A DNA stretch of 64,000 nucleotides, taken from the NCBI GenBank assembly GCA_023379385.1, contig JAMCUS010000032.1:14243-78242 (forward strand), written 5' to 3'. Both the position numbers and the translations under genes were made by a program. This document shows, piece by piece, positions 48,989 through 59,540 of the stretch (its first letter is position 1; each line of letters starts with the position of its first letter). The DNA is from Thermoplasmatota archaeon (lineage in GTDB: Archaea; Thermoplasmatota; Thermoplasmata; Lutacidiplasmatales; JAMCUS01). A model generated the notes under the pieces. The model did not search any database and was not told the origin of the DNA. It saw nothing but the letters and a program-made list of their open reading frames with translations.

Positions 48989-49651
48989 TCACGAAATGTC
49001 TGTATTTCCCCTGTATATTTTATTCCAATCATTGAGAAATCGTTCAATACCTATATCAGTAAGAGGATGTTTTACAAGGAGATGCATAATATTAAACGGC
49101 ATAGTAGCAATATGCGCTCCTGTGAGAGCTGCCTCAACAACATGTACAGGATTTCTTATACTTGCTACAATGATCTCCGTTTGAAAGTTATAATTTTTGT
49201 ATATAGTCATTATCTGTTCAACAAGATCCATTCCGTAACCAGAAATATCATCAATTCGTCCAACAAAGGGACTTACAAACGATGCTCCCGCCTTGGCAGC
49301 TAGCAGAGCCTGTGATGGTGAGAAAATCAGAGTCATATTAACTTTTATGTTTTTTTCATGCAATATTCTGGTTGCCTTTAATCCATTAAATGTTACAGGA
49401 ATTTTTATATTTATGTTTTCAGATATATCTGCAAGTTTTTTCCCCTCTTTTACCATATCCTCCACGTCTGTGCTTATTACCTCTGCACTGACAGGACCCT
49501 TAACAATTTTGGATATACTTTTTAATATTTCAATAGGATCACCTGTTTCTTTTGATAGAAGTGTAGGATTGGTAGTTACACCGTCCACCATGGATAGTTC
49601 GATACCCTCTTTGATCTCTTTTATACTTGCTGTGTCAAGAAAAAACTTCAT
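48989..49651 (-). CDS. tal: Transaldolase / fructose-6-phosphate aldolase (type 3B)
   Basis: [17 protein letters not shown] Schiff-base Lys, SPFVGRIDD. Confidence 0.93.
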   Translation of the reverse strand: MKFFLDTASIKEIKEGIELSMVDGVTTNPTLLSKETGDPIEILKSISKIVKGPVSAEVISTDVEDMVKEGKKLADISENINIKIPVTFNGLKATRILHEKNIKVNMTLIFSPSQALLAAKAGASFVSPFVGRIDDISGYGMDLVEQIMTIYKNYNFQTEIIVASIRNPVHVVEAALTGAHIATMPFNIMHLLVKHPLTDIGIERFLNDWNKIYRGNTDIS

Positions 49652-49655
49652 TTTA

Positions 49656-50600
49656 TCAACCTCTAATCTTCATGGCATATTTTACGCCTTCTTCAATATC
49701 TTTTACGGATAAACCGTATTTATCCATAAGTTCATCCGCTTCGCCAGATTCACCGAATATATCATGTATTCCCAACTTCACTACATGAACGGGATAAACA
49801 TCAGAGGTAACCGATGAAATTATTGCACCCACACCCGTATTTATATTGTGTTCCTCAATTGTTACTATGACACCATATTTTCTGGCAATTCTTTCTATTT
49901 CCTCTCTGTTAACAGGTTTTATGGTATGCATATTGTATACGGCAACATCTATATTTTGCTTTTTAAGAGATTCAGCAACATCCAATGCCCGTTTAAGAAC
50001 CTGTCCCGTGCCTACAATTACTGCATCTGATCCTTCTCTGAGTACAGGTATTTCATTAATTTTAAATTCTGTTTCTCTTTCGGTTATGGTTTCAGTCTCC
50101 ATTCTGGACAATCGTACATAAAAAGGCCCTTTTATTTTAGCAATGGAGATTATACCGTTATATGTCTCATTGCTATCGACAGGTATAAAGATTTTCATAT
50201 TTGGCAACCCGTACATAAGACCAATATCTTCAATCATTTCATGTGATGCTCCATCACCGCCAACAGTTATACCTCCGTGTGTGGCAACTATCTTTACATT
50301 TAAAGACGAATAGGCAATGGACTGCCGTATCTGGTCGTAAGCTCTTCCTGCAGCAAATATTGCAAATGTACTCACGAATACTGTTCTTGTATCAATGGAT
50401 AAACCTGCCGCCATTGCCATCATGTTCTGCTCTGCAATGCCTGCATTAAAGAATCTATCATTGAATTTTTTAGCAAACATAGCGGTTTTTGTAGATGTTG
50501 ACAGGTCTGCATCCATTACAACCATATCTGGATCCGATCCACCTAACGCTATTAGCGCTTCTCCATACGCCTTTCTGGGACTTTCAACCACCCCTTTCAC
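49656..50600 (-). CDS. Transketolase C-terminal subunit
   Basis: [32 protein letters not shown]. Confidence 0.94.
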   Translation of the reverse strand: MKGVVESPRKAYGEALIALGGSDPDMVVMDADLSTSTKTAMFAKKFNDRFFNAGIAEQNMMAMAAGLSIDTRTVFVSTFAIFAAGRAYDQIRQSIAYSSLNVKIVATHGGITVGGDGASHEMIEDIGLMYGLPNMKIFIPVDSNETYNGIISIAKIKGPFYVRLSRMETETITERETEFKINEIPVLREGSDAVIVGTGQVLKRALDVAESLKKQNIDVAVYNMHTIKPVNREEIERIARKYGVIVTIEEHNINTGVGAIISSVTSDVYPVHVVKLGIHDIFGESGEADELMDKYGLSVKDIEEGVKYAMKIRG

Positions 50601-51481
50601 AGGATATCACCCAATTCTTTTATTGCTCTTTCATACTCACTGGCTGTGGGAGGTTTTCCATGGAATGATACATTGTTTTCCATGAAGGAGATACCTTTAC
50701 CCTTGATCGTTTTTGCAATTATTACAGATGGCTTTTCTCTATTCTGCAAAACATTAGATGTTGTTTTTACGATATCCTCCATATTATTACCATTCATATG
50801 TGTAACATCCCATCCAAACGCTTTCCATTTCTCGCTAAGTGGTTCTACAGACATAATTTTTTCCGTTTCGCCATCAATCTGCAATCCATTTCTATCAACA
50901 ATTACTATTAGATTATTGACATTATAATGGGCGGCAGCCATGGCCGCCTCCCATACTTCCCCACTCTGGCATTCTCCATCTCCAACGATGGTAAAAACCA
51001 TGCTATTTGATTTTCTCATTTTTAAAGAAAGTGCAAGTCCAACCGCAATTGATATGCCCTGACCTAACGATCCTGTTGATGCCTCTATTCCTGCTAACTT
51101 ATGCATTGCTGGATGACCCTGAAGATCAGAACCCAATTTTCTCAATGTCCATAGCTTTTCCTTTGAAAAATATCCAGTTTCAGCTAATGCTGCATACTGC
51201 GCGGGCACTGCATGACCTTTACTCAATATGAATCTATCCCGTTCTACCCATAAAGGATCCGATGGATCATGATTTAGGATATTAAAATATAACGCCGTAA
51301 CAATATCTGCAATGGATAGAGAACCACCAAGGTGGCCTGATCCTGCTAAATAAATCATTTTAATAATATCTCTCCGTATGTCAACAGCCTTTCTTTTCAA
51401 CAATTCAATGTCACAGATCTTTTCAAACCCTTTTTTTTCCAAAGAAATATCACCATCTAACTCTGTTAAAACAGGTTTCAT
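50597..51481 (-). CDS. Transketolase N-terminal subunit
   Basis: GSGHLGGSLS, RDRFILSKGH, STGSLGQG, GDGE ThDP motif. Confidence 0.94.
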   Translation of the reverse strand: MKPVLTELDGDISLEKKGFEKICDIELLKRKAVDIRRDIIKMIYLAGSGHLGGSLSIADIVTALYFNILNHDPSDPLWVERDRFILSKGHAVPAQYAALAETGYFSKEKLWTLRKLGSDLQGHPAMHKLAGIEASTGSLGQGISIAVGLALSLKMRKSNSMVFTIVGDGECQSGEVWEAAMAAAHYNVNNLIVIVDRNGLQIDGETEKIMSVEPLSEKWKAFGWDVTHMNGNNMEDIVKTTSNVLQNREKPSVIIAKTIKGKGISFMENNVSFHGKPPTASEYERAIKELGDIL

Positions 51482-51696
51482 GAACTAGACAAAGTCTTTC
51501 AAATATTAAACATTTTACAATTTTTTACATTTATAATTCTGTTTCAGCATAGCATGTCAAACTGTTAATGAATTCTGCATGACCTCTGCATATATCACAA
51601 TATCCCTAACAATTTAAATTTATTTAAAGTATAAAAATAACCATTAATATCATAATTCAATAATTTTTCGATAATTTATATATGTTTACCAGAGAT

Positions 51697-54600
51697 TTAT
51701 CTTATTTTATGTTTACAGATTGGGCATATATATACAAGCATTGGAATTTCGTTATGGCATGACGGACATATTGCTGTTTTTTTAGTTGCTGATCTGTTTT
51801 TCACGGGTGTACTCTTTGTGTTGTAATATCTGCCTTTTGATGTACTAGCTGTATAGGTAGCGTTGCGCCTTTTTGTCATGGATGTGGATGACGTACCAGA
51901 TGTTGGTTTATATGGTGTTGGCTGTTGTTTATATGGTACAGATGATGTTGCAAATTTTGTGTTTGGTAGGGAGGCAGGAGGCTGTGGAGCGCTATAACCG
52001 GATGTCAGGTTTTTACTTTCCTCTTTTGTGTTACTGGTTCTGTTTTTATTGTTTGTCATCTTAAGCACAATATTTTTGCCTTTATCTATGTAATGTTTTG
52101 CCACTTTAGTTGTCTTATCTCTGTAAAAAATCATGAGAATCAGTAAAGCTAAGATTATAAAAATAATTATAACATAAATTATAGTAGATTCAGAACTAAT
52201 ACCACTACTGGACGAACTGAGGCTTACAGGTGTGAACGTTACATTTTCAGTTACATTTTTATTTACTGTAATGATTCCAGTAGGTTGCGATATATTGTAG
52301 CCTTTTATAGATGTAATTGTGAAAGGGTAACTTCCGTTGATCTCTTTAAATATTATAAATTTACCTGTACCACTTTTATTAAAATTATTTAAGGTTACAG
52401 ACCAGTTTGTACCGGATGGCAATCCTGTTTCTGTGAAAGTAACAGTGTACACAACAGGTCTAACAATTGAAAAGTTTATAACTATATTTGTATTGACTCC
52501 ATTTACTTTAAACTGACCAGATGACGGTGTTGCTCTGTATCCATGAACAATTCCTATTGTATAATTATATGTTCCATTAACAACATTGAATATTACCGTA
52601 TTGTTGATTGAACTTTTGGTGTAAATGGTATTCAGTGTTACAGACCAGGAGGTTCCTGTAGACAATCCTGTTTCTGTAAAGTCAACCGTATATTTGGTTG
52701 CGATTGTAAAGGATATATTCTGTTCGGTATTCCTTCCATTAACCGTTATGCTGCCAGATGATGGTGTTGCAATATAATTAGAATTTCCTATATTAAAGGT
52801 GTATGTACCATTAGATTCCTTAAAAGTTATTGTGTTAGTAGATGAACTGCCTGTAATGCCTGATAGTATTACATACCATACAGTAGATGCAGGTAAACCA
52901 GATTCAATAAATTTTATTGTATATAGTGAGGCTGAACTGGAGCTCCACGTTATTGTTTTGCTAACTGATGCACCGGAAACATTCACATTACCTGATGTTG
53001 GTGAAGGAGAATAGTTAGGAATTGGTCCAACTGTAAACGGGTAGGTTCCATTTGTTAACATGAACTGAATTGATGTGGTAGTAGTATATTTTGTATAGCC
53101 ACTAACAGATACAGACCAATTCGTACGGGATGACAATCCTGTTTCATTAAAGGTTACAGAATAAGCTGTTCCGATAGCCCATGATATCGGTTGGGTAATA
53201 TTTTTACCATTGATGTTGACAGAACCATGGGATGGTGTTGCTACATATCCTGTTATATATTCAACAAGGTATGTATAGGTACCATTTGGCTCTTTAAATA
53301 TAATATCGGTAGAAGTGGAATATTTTACAGAATTATTAAGAGATACAGACCAGTTTGTACCTGCTGGCAACCCACTCTCTGTAAAGGTAACAGAATATAA
53401 GGACTGAATAGCACTGCTCCACGAAATCGCTATATTTATCGCATTTCCATTCACAGAAAAGTCACCGCTGGAGGGTGTTGCTACGTATCCCCTTTCAGGA
53501 TAAACTTTATAATAATATTGCCCGTTGTACAAGTTAAACACAATTTTATCTGTGATAGAATATATTGGTGTATTGTTATTGATTGATACAGACCAGTTTG
53601 TACCTGCTGGCAACCCACTCTCCGTAAAGGTAACTGCATAGGCAGGGGAACTGGTGGATATAATAGATACCGTTCCAGAAACACTGTTTGTAACGTACAG
53701 ATACTGATTTGAATAATCGTATGTAATATAATCTGGTTTATAGCCCACAGTGATATTACCCATAATGGTGTTATTACTGGAATCAACAACTGTAATATTG
53801 CTTGTGTTGTGATCAGCAATATAGATGTAACCATTATTTGGATCGTAGCTCATACCAAATGGTGCTGTGTTTAATTTTATTGTTGTAACAATGGAGGGTA
53901 ACTGGGAATTGCCTTTAATCACGGTTATATTGTTTGACCAGTAGTTTGCTACATATATATAATCATTGAAGGGATTGTATAAAACGCTTACCGGCGTTGA
54001 CCCAACAGATATATTAGCAATAACGCTATTGGTTGCCACATTTATTACAGTGACGTTATGTGATTGTGCATTTGCTACAAACAGGTAATTTTCGGCAGGA
54101 TCATATGCAATCCCCACAGGCGATGTGCCCACAGGGATTTTGGTAGCTGTAGTAGTCCCTGTAACAGGATTTATAATTTCAACTTCATTAAACGCAGAGA
54201 TATCCACATATACACTTTTTGCACTGCCAACGTAAACAGAATCTGCTGGATACTGGTCTACACCTATGCTGGTAACAGAATTGGTACTGGTATTTAAAGC
54301 AGAAACATCGCTGGAGTTAAAATTGGATACATAAATATATTTCTGGACAGGATCGTACGAAATGGCATCAGGAGTGTTACCAACGGTAACATTCGTTATT
54401 ACACTGTTGTTTGTGCCATTGATGATTGTAGCAGCATTCATATAATCATTTGCTGTATAAAGAAACTTATTTGAAGGATCATACACAATGCTGCCTGGTT
54501 GTTCACCCGTAGTGGTATTATAGTTTCCATTCATCAGTGTATTGTTCTGCAGCAGAAGTGTATACTTTACATAACCTATAAAATTTGCAGTTTCACCGGT

Positions 54601-54789
54601 TACAGGTTTTGAAACTGTTTTGGAATTTTTCATTGAAATGTTATTATATCTGGATGGAGTAGATGTGTAATTTACATAACTTGTTGAATATTGTATTGGT
54701 ACCACATATGGCGTAATAATCATAAAAAATATTATAACAGATATAATGGAGATGAAGATACAAATAAATTTTTTTATTTTACGAACCAT
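51697..54789 (-). CDS. Large surface glycoprotein: YVTN beta-propeller + thermopsin-type repeats + TM + cytoplasmic zinc ribbon
   Basis: YDP...YVAN/YVTN blades; about six YxVTFTESGLPxGTNWSV repeats; TM helix near residue 870; C-terminal CPSC...CPIC. Confidence 0.88.
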   Translation of the reverse strand: MVRKIKKFICIFISIISVIIFFMIITPYVVPIQYSTSYVNYTSTPSRYNNISMKNSKTVSKPVTGETANFIGYVKYTLLLQNNTLMNGNYNTTTGEQPGSIVYDPSNKFLYTANDYMNAATIINGTNNSVITNVTVGNTPDAISYDPVQKYIYVSNFNSSDVSALNTSTNSVTSIGVDQYPADSVYVGSAKSVYVDISAFNEVEIINPVTGTTTATKIPVGTSPVGIAYDPAENYLFVANAQSHNVTVINVATNSVIANISVGSTPVSVLYNPFNDYIYVANYWSNNITVIKGNSQLPSIVTTIKLNTAPFGMSYDPNNGYIYIADHNTSNITVVDSSNNTIMGNITVGYKPDYITYDYSNQYLYVTNSVSGTVSIISTSSPAYAVTFTESGLPAGTNWSVSINNNTPIYSITDKIVFNLYNGQYYYKVYPERGYVATPSSGDFSVNGNAINIAISWSSAIQSLYSVTFTESGLPAGTNWSVSLNNSVKYSTSTDIIFKEPNGTYTYLVEYITGYVATPSHGSVNINGKNITQPISWAIGTAYSVTFNETGLSSRTNWSVSVSGYTKYTTTTSIQFMLTNGTYPFTVGPIPNYSPSPTSGNVNVSGASVSKTITWSSSSASLYTIKFIESGLPASTVWYVILSGITGSSSTNTITFKESNGTYTFNIGNSNYIATPSSGSITVNGRNTEQNISFTIATKYTVDFTETGLSTGTSWSVTLNTIYTKSSINNTVIFNVVNGTYNYTIGIVHGYRATPSSGQFKVNGVNTNIVINFSIVRPVVYTVTFTETGLPSGTNWSVTLNNFNKSGTGKFIIFKEINGSYPFTITSIKGYNISQPTGIITVNKNVTENVTFTPVSLSSSSSGISSESTIIYVIIIFIILALLILMIFYRDKTTKVAKHYIDKGKNIVLKMTNNKNRTSNTKEESKNLTSGYSAPQPPASLPNTKFATSSVPYKQQPTPYKPTSGTSSTSMTKRRNATYTASTSKGRYYNTKSTPVKNRSATKKTAICPSCHNEIPMLVYICPICKHKIR

Positions 54790-55032
54790 GATATTTGTAT
54801 TTATTTACAATTACTTATAGATTGTTATTTTATTAATAACGTGTCAAAACATCAAAACCCTTTTAGATGTTACTTTATATTATGTGAATACGCAACAGTA
54901 AAATCCATATATAGTTTAAGCATAGCCATGTATATAATTGATGTCAATATCAAATCAATTATGATATATATAAATGTAAATTATATAGATTTATATATAT
55001 TAAAATGATAGGCACATATAAATAGGGAGCGG

Positions 55033-55105
55033 GGGGCCGTGGGGTAGCTTGGTATCCTTCTACCTTGGGGTGGTAGAGACTCCGATTCAAATTCGGACGG
55101 CCCCA
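55033..55105 (+). tRNA. tRNA-Pro (GGG), no encoded CCA
   Basis: Acceptor stem GGGGCCG/CGGCCCC-A; anticodon arm CTACC-ttGGGgt-GGTAG (GGG at 55067-55069); T arm tccga-ttcaaat-tcgga. Confidence 0.96.
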
Positions 55106-55295
55106 TAATTTTGTTGATGTGACATGCGGCTGTATAATTAATTATTTCATTTGATTGATAGTAAATCGTTTAAAAAAATGAAATAAACCTATTTTATGAA
55201 TTGAGATGAATACAGCCATGGATTTTACATGTTAAATTGTTAATATGCGAATGATATACAATATATAATAATAACTCAATATGTAAAAAAAGGAG

Positions 55296-56156
55296 ATGAT
55301 ATATATGATAGAAAATAAAACAGTTTTTGTAATAGGAGCAGGTATAATGGGTTCCGGTATTGCTGAAATTGTAGCTATTAATGGGTATAATTGTTATCTG
55401 TATGATATATCAGATAAGATTCTTGATAAAGCTATGAACGACATAGGTAATAGCATAGAAAAATTAAAAAATAAAAAGGTGTTGAATGAAAATAAAGAAG
55501 ATATTCTGGCTAGAATAAAGGTTACAAAATCGTTAAAAATAGATTCTAAACCCTCAATAGTCATAGAGGTAGCACCTGAAAAGATGGATATTAAAAAGAG
55601 TATATTTTCGGAGATAGATGGATATTATCCAGATACAGAGATTCTTGCCTCTAATACCTCATCTCTATCTATAAGCGAGATGGCGTCGGTGGTTAAAATG
55701 CCTGAAAAGGTTATAGGCTTGCATTTTTTTAATCCTCCAGTATTGATGAAGCTTGTAGAAATAATACCCGGGTATGTAACATCATATGAAACGATTGAAA
55801 AGGCAAAAAATTTCGTTGCAGACCTTAAGAAAGAGGTTACAATGTCAAAGGACTACCCAGGTTTTGTAACATCACGTATGCTTGCAGTTATCATAAATGA
55901 AGCGGCATGGATGCTCTATGAAGGCATTGCATCAAAGGAGGATATAGATAAAGCTGTAAATTTGGGGCTTAATCATCCCATGGGACCTCTCGCACTGGCA
56001 GACCTGGTTGGTATTGACACACTACTACACATTCTGGAAAGGTTGCATACAGGCTTTGGTGACGATAAATATAGACCTTCACCAGTCCTTCGTAACATGG
56101 TTTATTCCAATAGGCTTGGCAGGAAAAGTGGAGAAGGGTTCTACAGGTATAAATAG
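55296..56156 (+). CDS. 3-hydroxyacyl-CoA (3-hydroxybutyryl-CoA) dehydrogenase
   Basis: VIGAGIMGSGIA, LASNTSSL, GLHFFNPP, HPMGPLALADLVG, GRKSGEGFY. Confidence 0.95.
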   Translation: MIYMIENKTVFVIGAGIMGSGIAEIVAINGYNCYLYDISDKILDKAMNDIGNSIEKLKNKKVLNENKEDILARIKVTKSLKIDSKPSIVIEVAPEKMDIKKSIFSEIDGYYPDTEILASNTSSLSISEMASVVKMPEKVIGLHFFNPPVLMKLVEIIPGYVTSYETIEKAKNFVADLKKEVTMSKDYPGFVTSRMLAVIINEAAWMLYEGIASKEDIDKAVNLGLNHPMGPLALADLVGIDTLLHILERLHTGFGDDKYRPSPVLRNMVYSNRLGRKSGEGFYRYK

Positions 56157-56170
56157 GTACATGCCCTGTT

Positions 56171-56296
56171 GCTGTGTTGAATAAATCTGGCATAACACCT
56201 TTTAATTCCATCCAAACCTTATCAGTTTATACTGGATAAATATTTATAATCAGTATAATGCTCTGTTAATCAGATCTGGCATTTATTCAACAGAGC
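56171..56296. mobile_element. 126-bp MITE with IS903-like terminal inverted repeats
   Basis: gctgtgttgaataaat (56171-56186) vs atttattcaacagagc (56281-56296), 15/16 complementary; no ORF; lies between convergent genes. Confidence 0.7.
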
Positions 56297-56309
56297 TTAT
56301 CCTGCAAGG

Positions 56310-56957
56310 TTAATTAAATATTAAATATATGAATAAAAGGATAGATATGCCAAAAAGAGTACCCCATTTTACAATATCCCATTTGATTACCTTTGATCCA
56401 TCCAGTGGATGTATGGGTATCATGTTAAATATTACAAAAAATATGTTCATAGTGGCAAGTTCTATGAATAAATCTTTTAAATTGCTGGGAATCATACTTA
56501 TAACTACAAATAGAATTGCAAATCCAAAATTTGTTAATGGTCCTGCTATGCTTATTTCACCATTTTCACGGGTTGTTACAGACCCTGTGATATATACTGC
56601 ACCCGGTGCCGCAAATAGAAATCCCATGACAGAGGTAGCTATGGATAGAAGTAAAAAAAACATATTACTTCTGAACTCAGCATAACATCCATATTTAATT
56701 GCCACAATTTTATGTGCCATTTCATGTAATAGAAAACCTGTAACAACAGCAAGAAAAGAAAATATTACAAGATATAAAATGTTACCTCCGAAGAAATTGG
56801 CCACCTTGCCCAATAATATAAAATCAAAAAATAGAACTGCAGATGCAAGTAAAATATGTTTAATCTCTTTAAATGAAAAAAAGCTTCGTTTTGAATTAAC
56901 AACATATGATACAGTATAACTGTTATTGCCCCACATTTTATCACACTTTGGATACAT
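56310..56957 (-). CDS. Site-2 protease (M50) family membrane metalloprotease
   Basis: LLHEMAH, AAPGAV, IAGPLTN, FNMIPIHPLDGSK. Confidence 0.92.
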   Translation of the reverse strand: MYPKCDKMWGNNSYTVSYVVNSKRSFFSFKEIKHILLASAVLFFDFILLGKVANFFGGNILYLVIFSFLAVVTGFLLHEMAHKIVAIKYGCYAEFRSNMFFLLLSIATSVMGFLFAAPGAVYITGSVTTRENGEISIAGPLTNFGFAILFVVISMIPSNLKDLFIELATMNIFFVIFNMIPIHPLDGSKVIKWDIVKWGTLFGISILLFIYLIFN

Positions 56958-57221
56958 TATAAAATCATTCTACATAAAGATTTCAGATCGCATAGCTTGT
57001 TAACTTTTTATTTTAAATAATTCATTTATACTGTAAATTCGAATAAATAACGCATAGATATAAGCCTAATTAAGAAACAGTCACTGACTCAAACTGTCTT
57101 TACATAGCGTAATATAAATTTATGCTATCACCATATATATTTGTTATTTCATAAAAACGATTTTTCATACTTTGTAAAGTATAATTTAAATAGTTAAAGT
57201 TAATTTAAAATAAAGATAGTT

Positions 57222-58463
57222 ATGAATATGAATTATAAAAAGAATATTACGGTTGCAATTGCGATTGTGCTTATTGTGGCATCGTTTATAGGTGGATATT
57301 TCACATACATGTACACTTCTGGTAAGAGTGTTAATGGCATTCCATCCACAAATAACACATCAAACAGATCCATAACGATAATAGATGATACAGGAAGAGT
57401 AATTACCATTCATGGAATACCTCAGAGGATAGTATCCCTCGCACCCTCCAATACAGAGATACTGTTTGATCTTAATCTCAGAAATAAATTGGTAGGAATT
57501 GATAGTATATATGATTACACAACTGCACAGGTTAAGGAATGGGGTATTTCCAACGTTACACAGGTAACCACTTCCACAAATATAAATTATGAAGAGATCC
57601 TCAATCTCACACCAGATCTTGTTCTGGCTGCTGGTATAACCTCACCGGCGCAGGTATATAAATTGACCTCGCTAGGCCTTACTGTAGTTGTGCTTAATCC
57701 TGAAAATATGCATCAAATTTTAAATGATATATACCTGGTTGGACTTGTGTGTGGCACCCTGACTACTGCAAAAACCATTATATCCAATCTTTCTGCAATG
57801 CTAACGCACATTGAAACAACAGTAGGGAGTGTATACACAAAACCATCAGTACTCCTTACCTATTACCCGGATAACTACAGTATGGCGTACTGGACCTATG
57901 GCCCTGGATCATTCGGCAACAGATTAATTATAGATGCAGGTGGTTATAACATAGCCTCTAACCTTTCATTATCATACCCTGAAATTTCTGTTGGATCAGT
58001 TGTAAATTTAAATCCCAGCTTTATAATGGTTGGTGTTGGTCCGTATGGATTGAATATAACCAGCTATTCCTCTTTCAATCCTACATGGATAAACCTATCC
58101 GCCGTAAAGAATAACACAATCTATGGTCTTAATGACGCATATATAAGCGAGCCAGATATATCATTATTTTACGTACTGCAGGAGATGGCTTATATTCTTC
58201 ATCCATCGTTATTCAATCTCACCGGGAATGTATCAGGAAGATTATATAACGGCAATACGCCACAGACTTCAGTTACAATAAAACTTCTAAACGCTACTAA
58301 TACTGTTGTTGCTACGACGGATACAAATGCAACTGGTGGCTATCAATTCACAGGTATTCCATGTGGTAGCTATAAAATGGAGATCATCTACAACGGAAAG
58401 ATCTATTACAGGAATATTAACATAATATATCTTAATATGGTAAACGTAGTTATACACCTCTAA
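57222..58463 (+). CDS. ABC transporter substrate-binding protein, cobalamin/Fe-siderophore class, with C-terminal Ig/prealbumin-like domain
   Basis: DDTGR, PQRIVSLAPSNTEILF, NYEEILNLTPDLVL; tail VSGRL...TTDTNATGGYQFTGIPCGSY. Confidence 0.88.
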   Translation: MNMNYKKNITVAIAIVLIVASFIGGYFTYMYTSGKSVNGIPSTNNTSNRSITIIDDTGRVITIHGIPQRIVSLAPSNTEILFDLNLRNKLVGIDSIYDYTTAQVKEWGISNVTQVTTSTNINYEEILNLTPDLVLAAGITSPAQVYKLTSLGLTVVVLNPENMHQILNDIYLVGLVCGTLTTAKTIISNLSAMLTHIETTVGSVYTKPSVLLTYYPDNYSMAYWTYGPGSFGNRLIIDAGGYNIASNLSLSYPEISVGSVVNLNPSFIMVGVGPYGLNITSYSSFNPTWINLSAVKNNTIYGLNDAYISEPDISLFYVLQEMAYILHPSLFNLTGNVSGRLYNGNTPQTSVTIKLLNATNTVVATTDTNATGGYQFTGIPCGSYKMEIIYNGKIYYRNINIIYLNMVNVVIHL

Positions 58464-58464
58464 A

Positions 58465-59523
58465 ATGAAAAATAATATTAAAGATTTTAGTAAATACAAC
58501 ACACCGAAAAGATGGCTTATAACAGTAACCTCTTTACTATTTTTGCTTTTTATATCAGTACTGGTTTCTGTCTCAGTGGGTACCGTAAAAATTCCATTTC
58601 AGCAGGTTATGATTGTTATCTGGAATGGTATAGCAGGAATACATCAGAACTCTCTTTACTCAAAAATAATTCTTCAGTTAAGACTACCGAGTATAATAAT
58701 GGCTGTTATAGTAGGAGTAGCACTTTCCTCTTCAGGGGCTTCTTTACAGGGATTATTCAGAAATCCACTCATAGACCCATACATACTTGGAATATCTGCA
58801 GGAGCTGCCTTCGGCGCTGCTCTATCTATAACAATGGGATTTGATAGCTACCAATCCTTTTATTATTTACCCATTTCTGCGTTTATAGGCGCAATTATAG
58901 CTGTAACCATGGTATACGGGCTGTCGTATAGTCATGGTGAAGTATCCAATAGCAATTTAATTTTTGGAGGTATAGCAGTAGGTTATATTTTTTCAGCAAT
59001 TGTATCATTTCTTATGTTTGTATCAGGGCCACATCTTCAGGAGCTCATTTACTGGTTGTTGGGAAGCTTTTCAGATGCTTTATGGGGAGAGATAGACTTA
59101 ATTTTAATGCCAGTTATTATCTCTGTTTTTATACTTTTTTATTTTTCTAAGGAACTGAATCTTTTAACCGGTGGTGAAGACCTCGCTGCAGCAACCGGTG
59201 TGAATTTAAAACTCACTAAAAATATGATCATTTTTATAACTACGTTGCTGACAGCCATTGCAGTTAGTATGAGCGGAATAATAGGATTCGTTGGTTTGGT
59301 AATACCGCATATAATGAGACGTATTGTTGGAAATGATTACAGAATACTTATTCCTACATCAGCTATAGGAGGCGCAATACTGCTTGTTATTTCAGATACT
59401 ATTGCTAGAACAATTATATCACCCGTTATAGTTCCTGTTGGTGTTGTAACCTCATTTATAGGTGCACCTTTTTTTATTTACCTGTTTAGAAGGTCTTTGA
59501 AAAGAATGGAGGTCAGTATATAA
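58465..59523 (+). CDS. FecCD/BtuC-family permease
   Basis: LRLP, QGLFRNPL.DPYILGISAGA, GIIGFVGLVIPH. Confidence 0.93.
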   Translation: MKNNIKDFSKYNTPKRWLITVTSLLFLLFISVLVSVSVGTVKIPFQQVMIVIWNGIAGIHQNSLYSKIILQLRLPSIIMAVIVGVALSSSGASLQGLFRNPLIDPYILGISAGAAFGAALSITMGFDSYQSFYYLPISAFIGAIIAVTMVYGLSYSHGEVSNSNLIFGGIAVGYIFSAIVSFLMFVSGPHLQELIYWLLGSFSDALWGEIDLILMPVIISVFILFYFSKELNLLTGGEDLAAATGVNLKLTKNMIIFITTLLTAIAVSMSGIIGFVGLVIPHIMRRIVGNDYRILIPTSAIGGAILLVISDTIARTIISPVIVPVGVVTSFIGAPFFIYLFRRSLKRMEVSI

Positions 59524-59540
59524 GCAGCAAAAACGATAAA

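Noticed and set aside
55033-55105. tRNA-Pro as the attachment site of an integrated element
   Set aside because: No integrase nearby, and I found no duplicate of the tRNA 3' end in the window.
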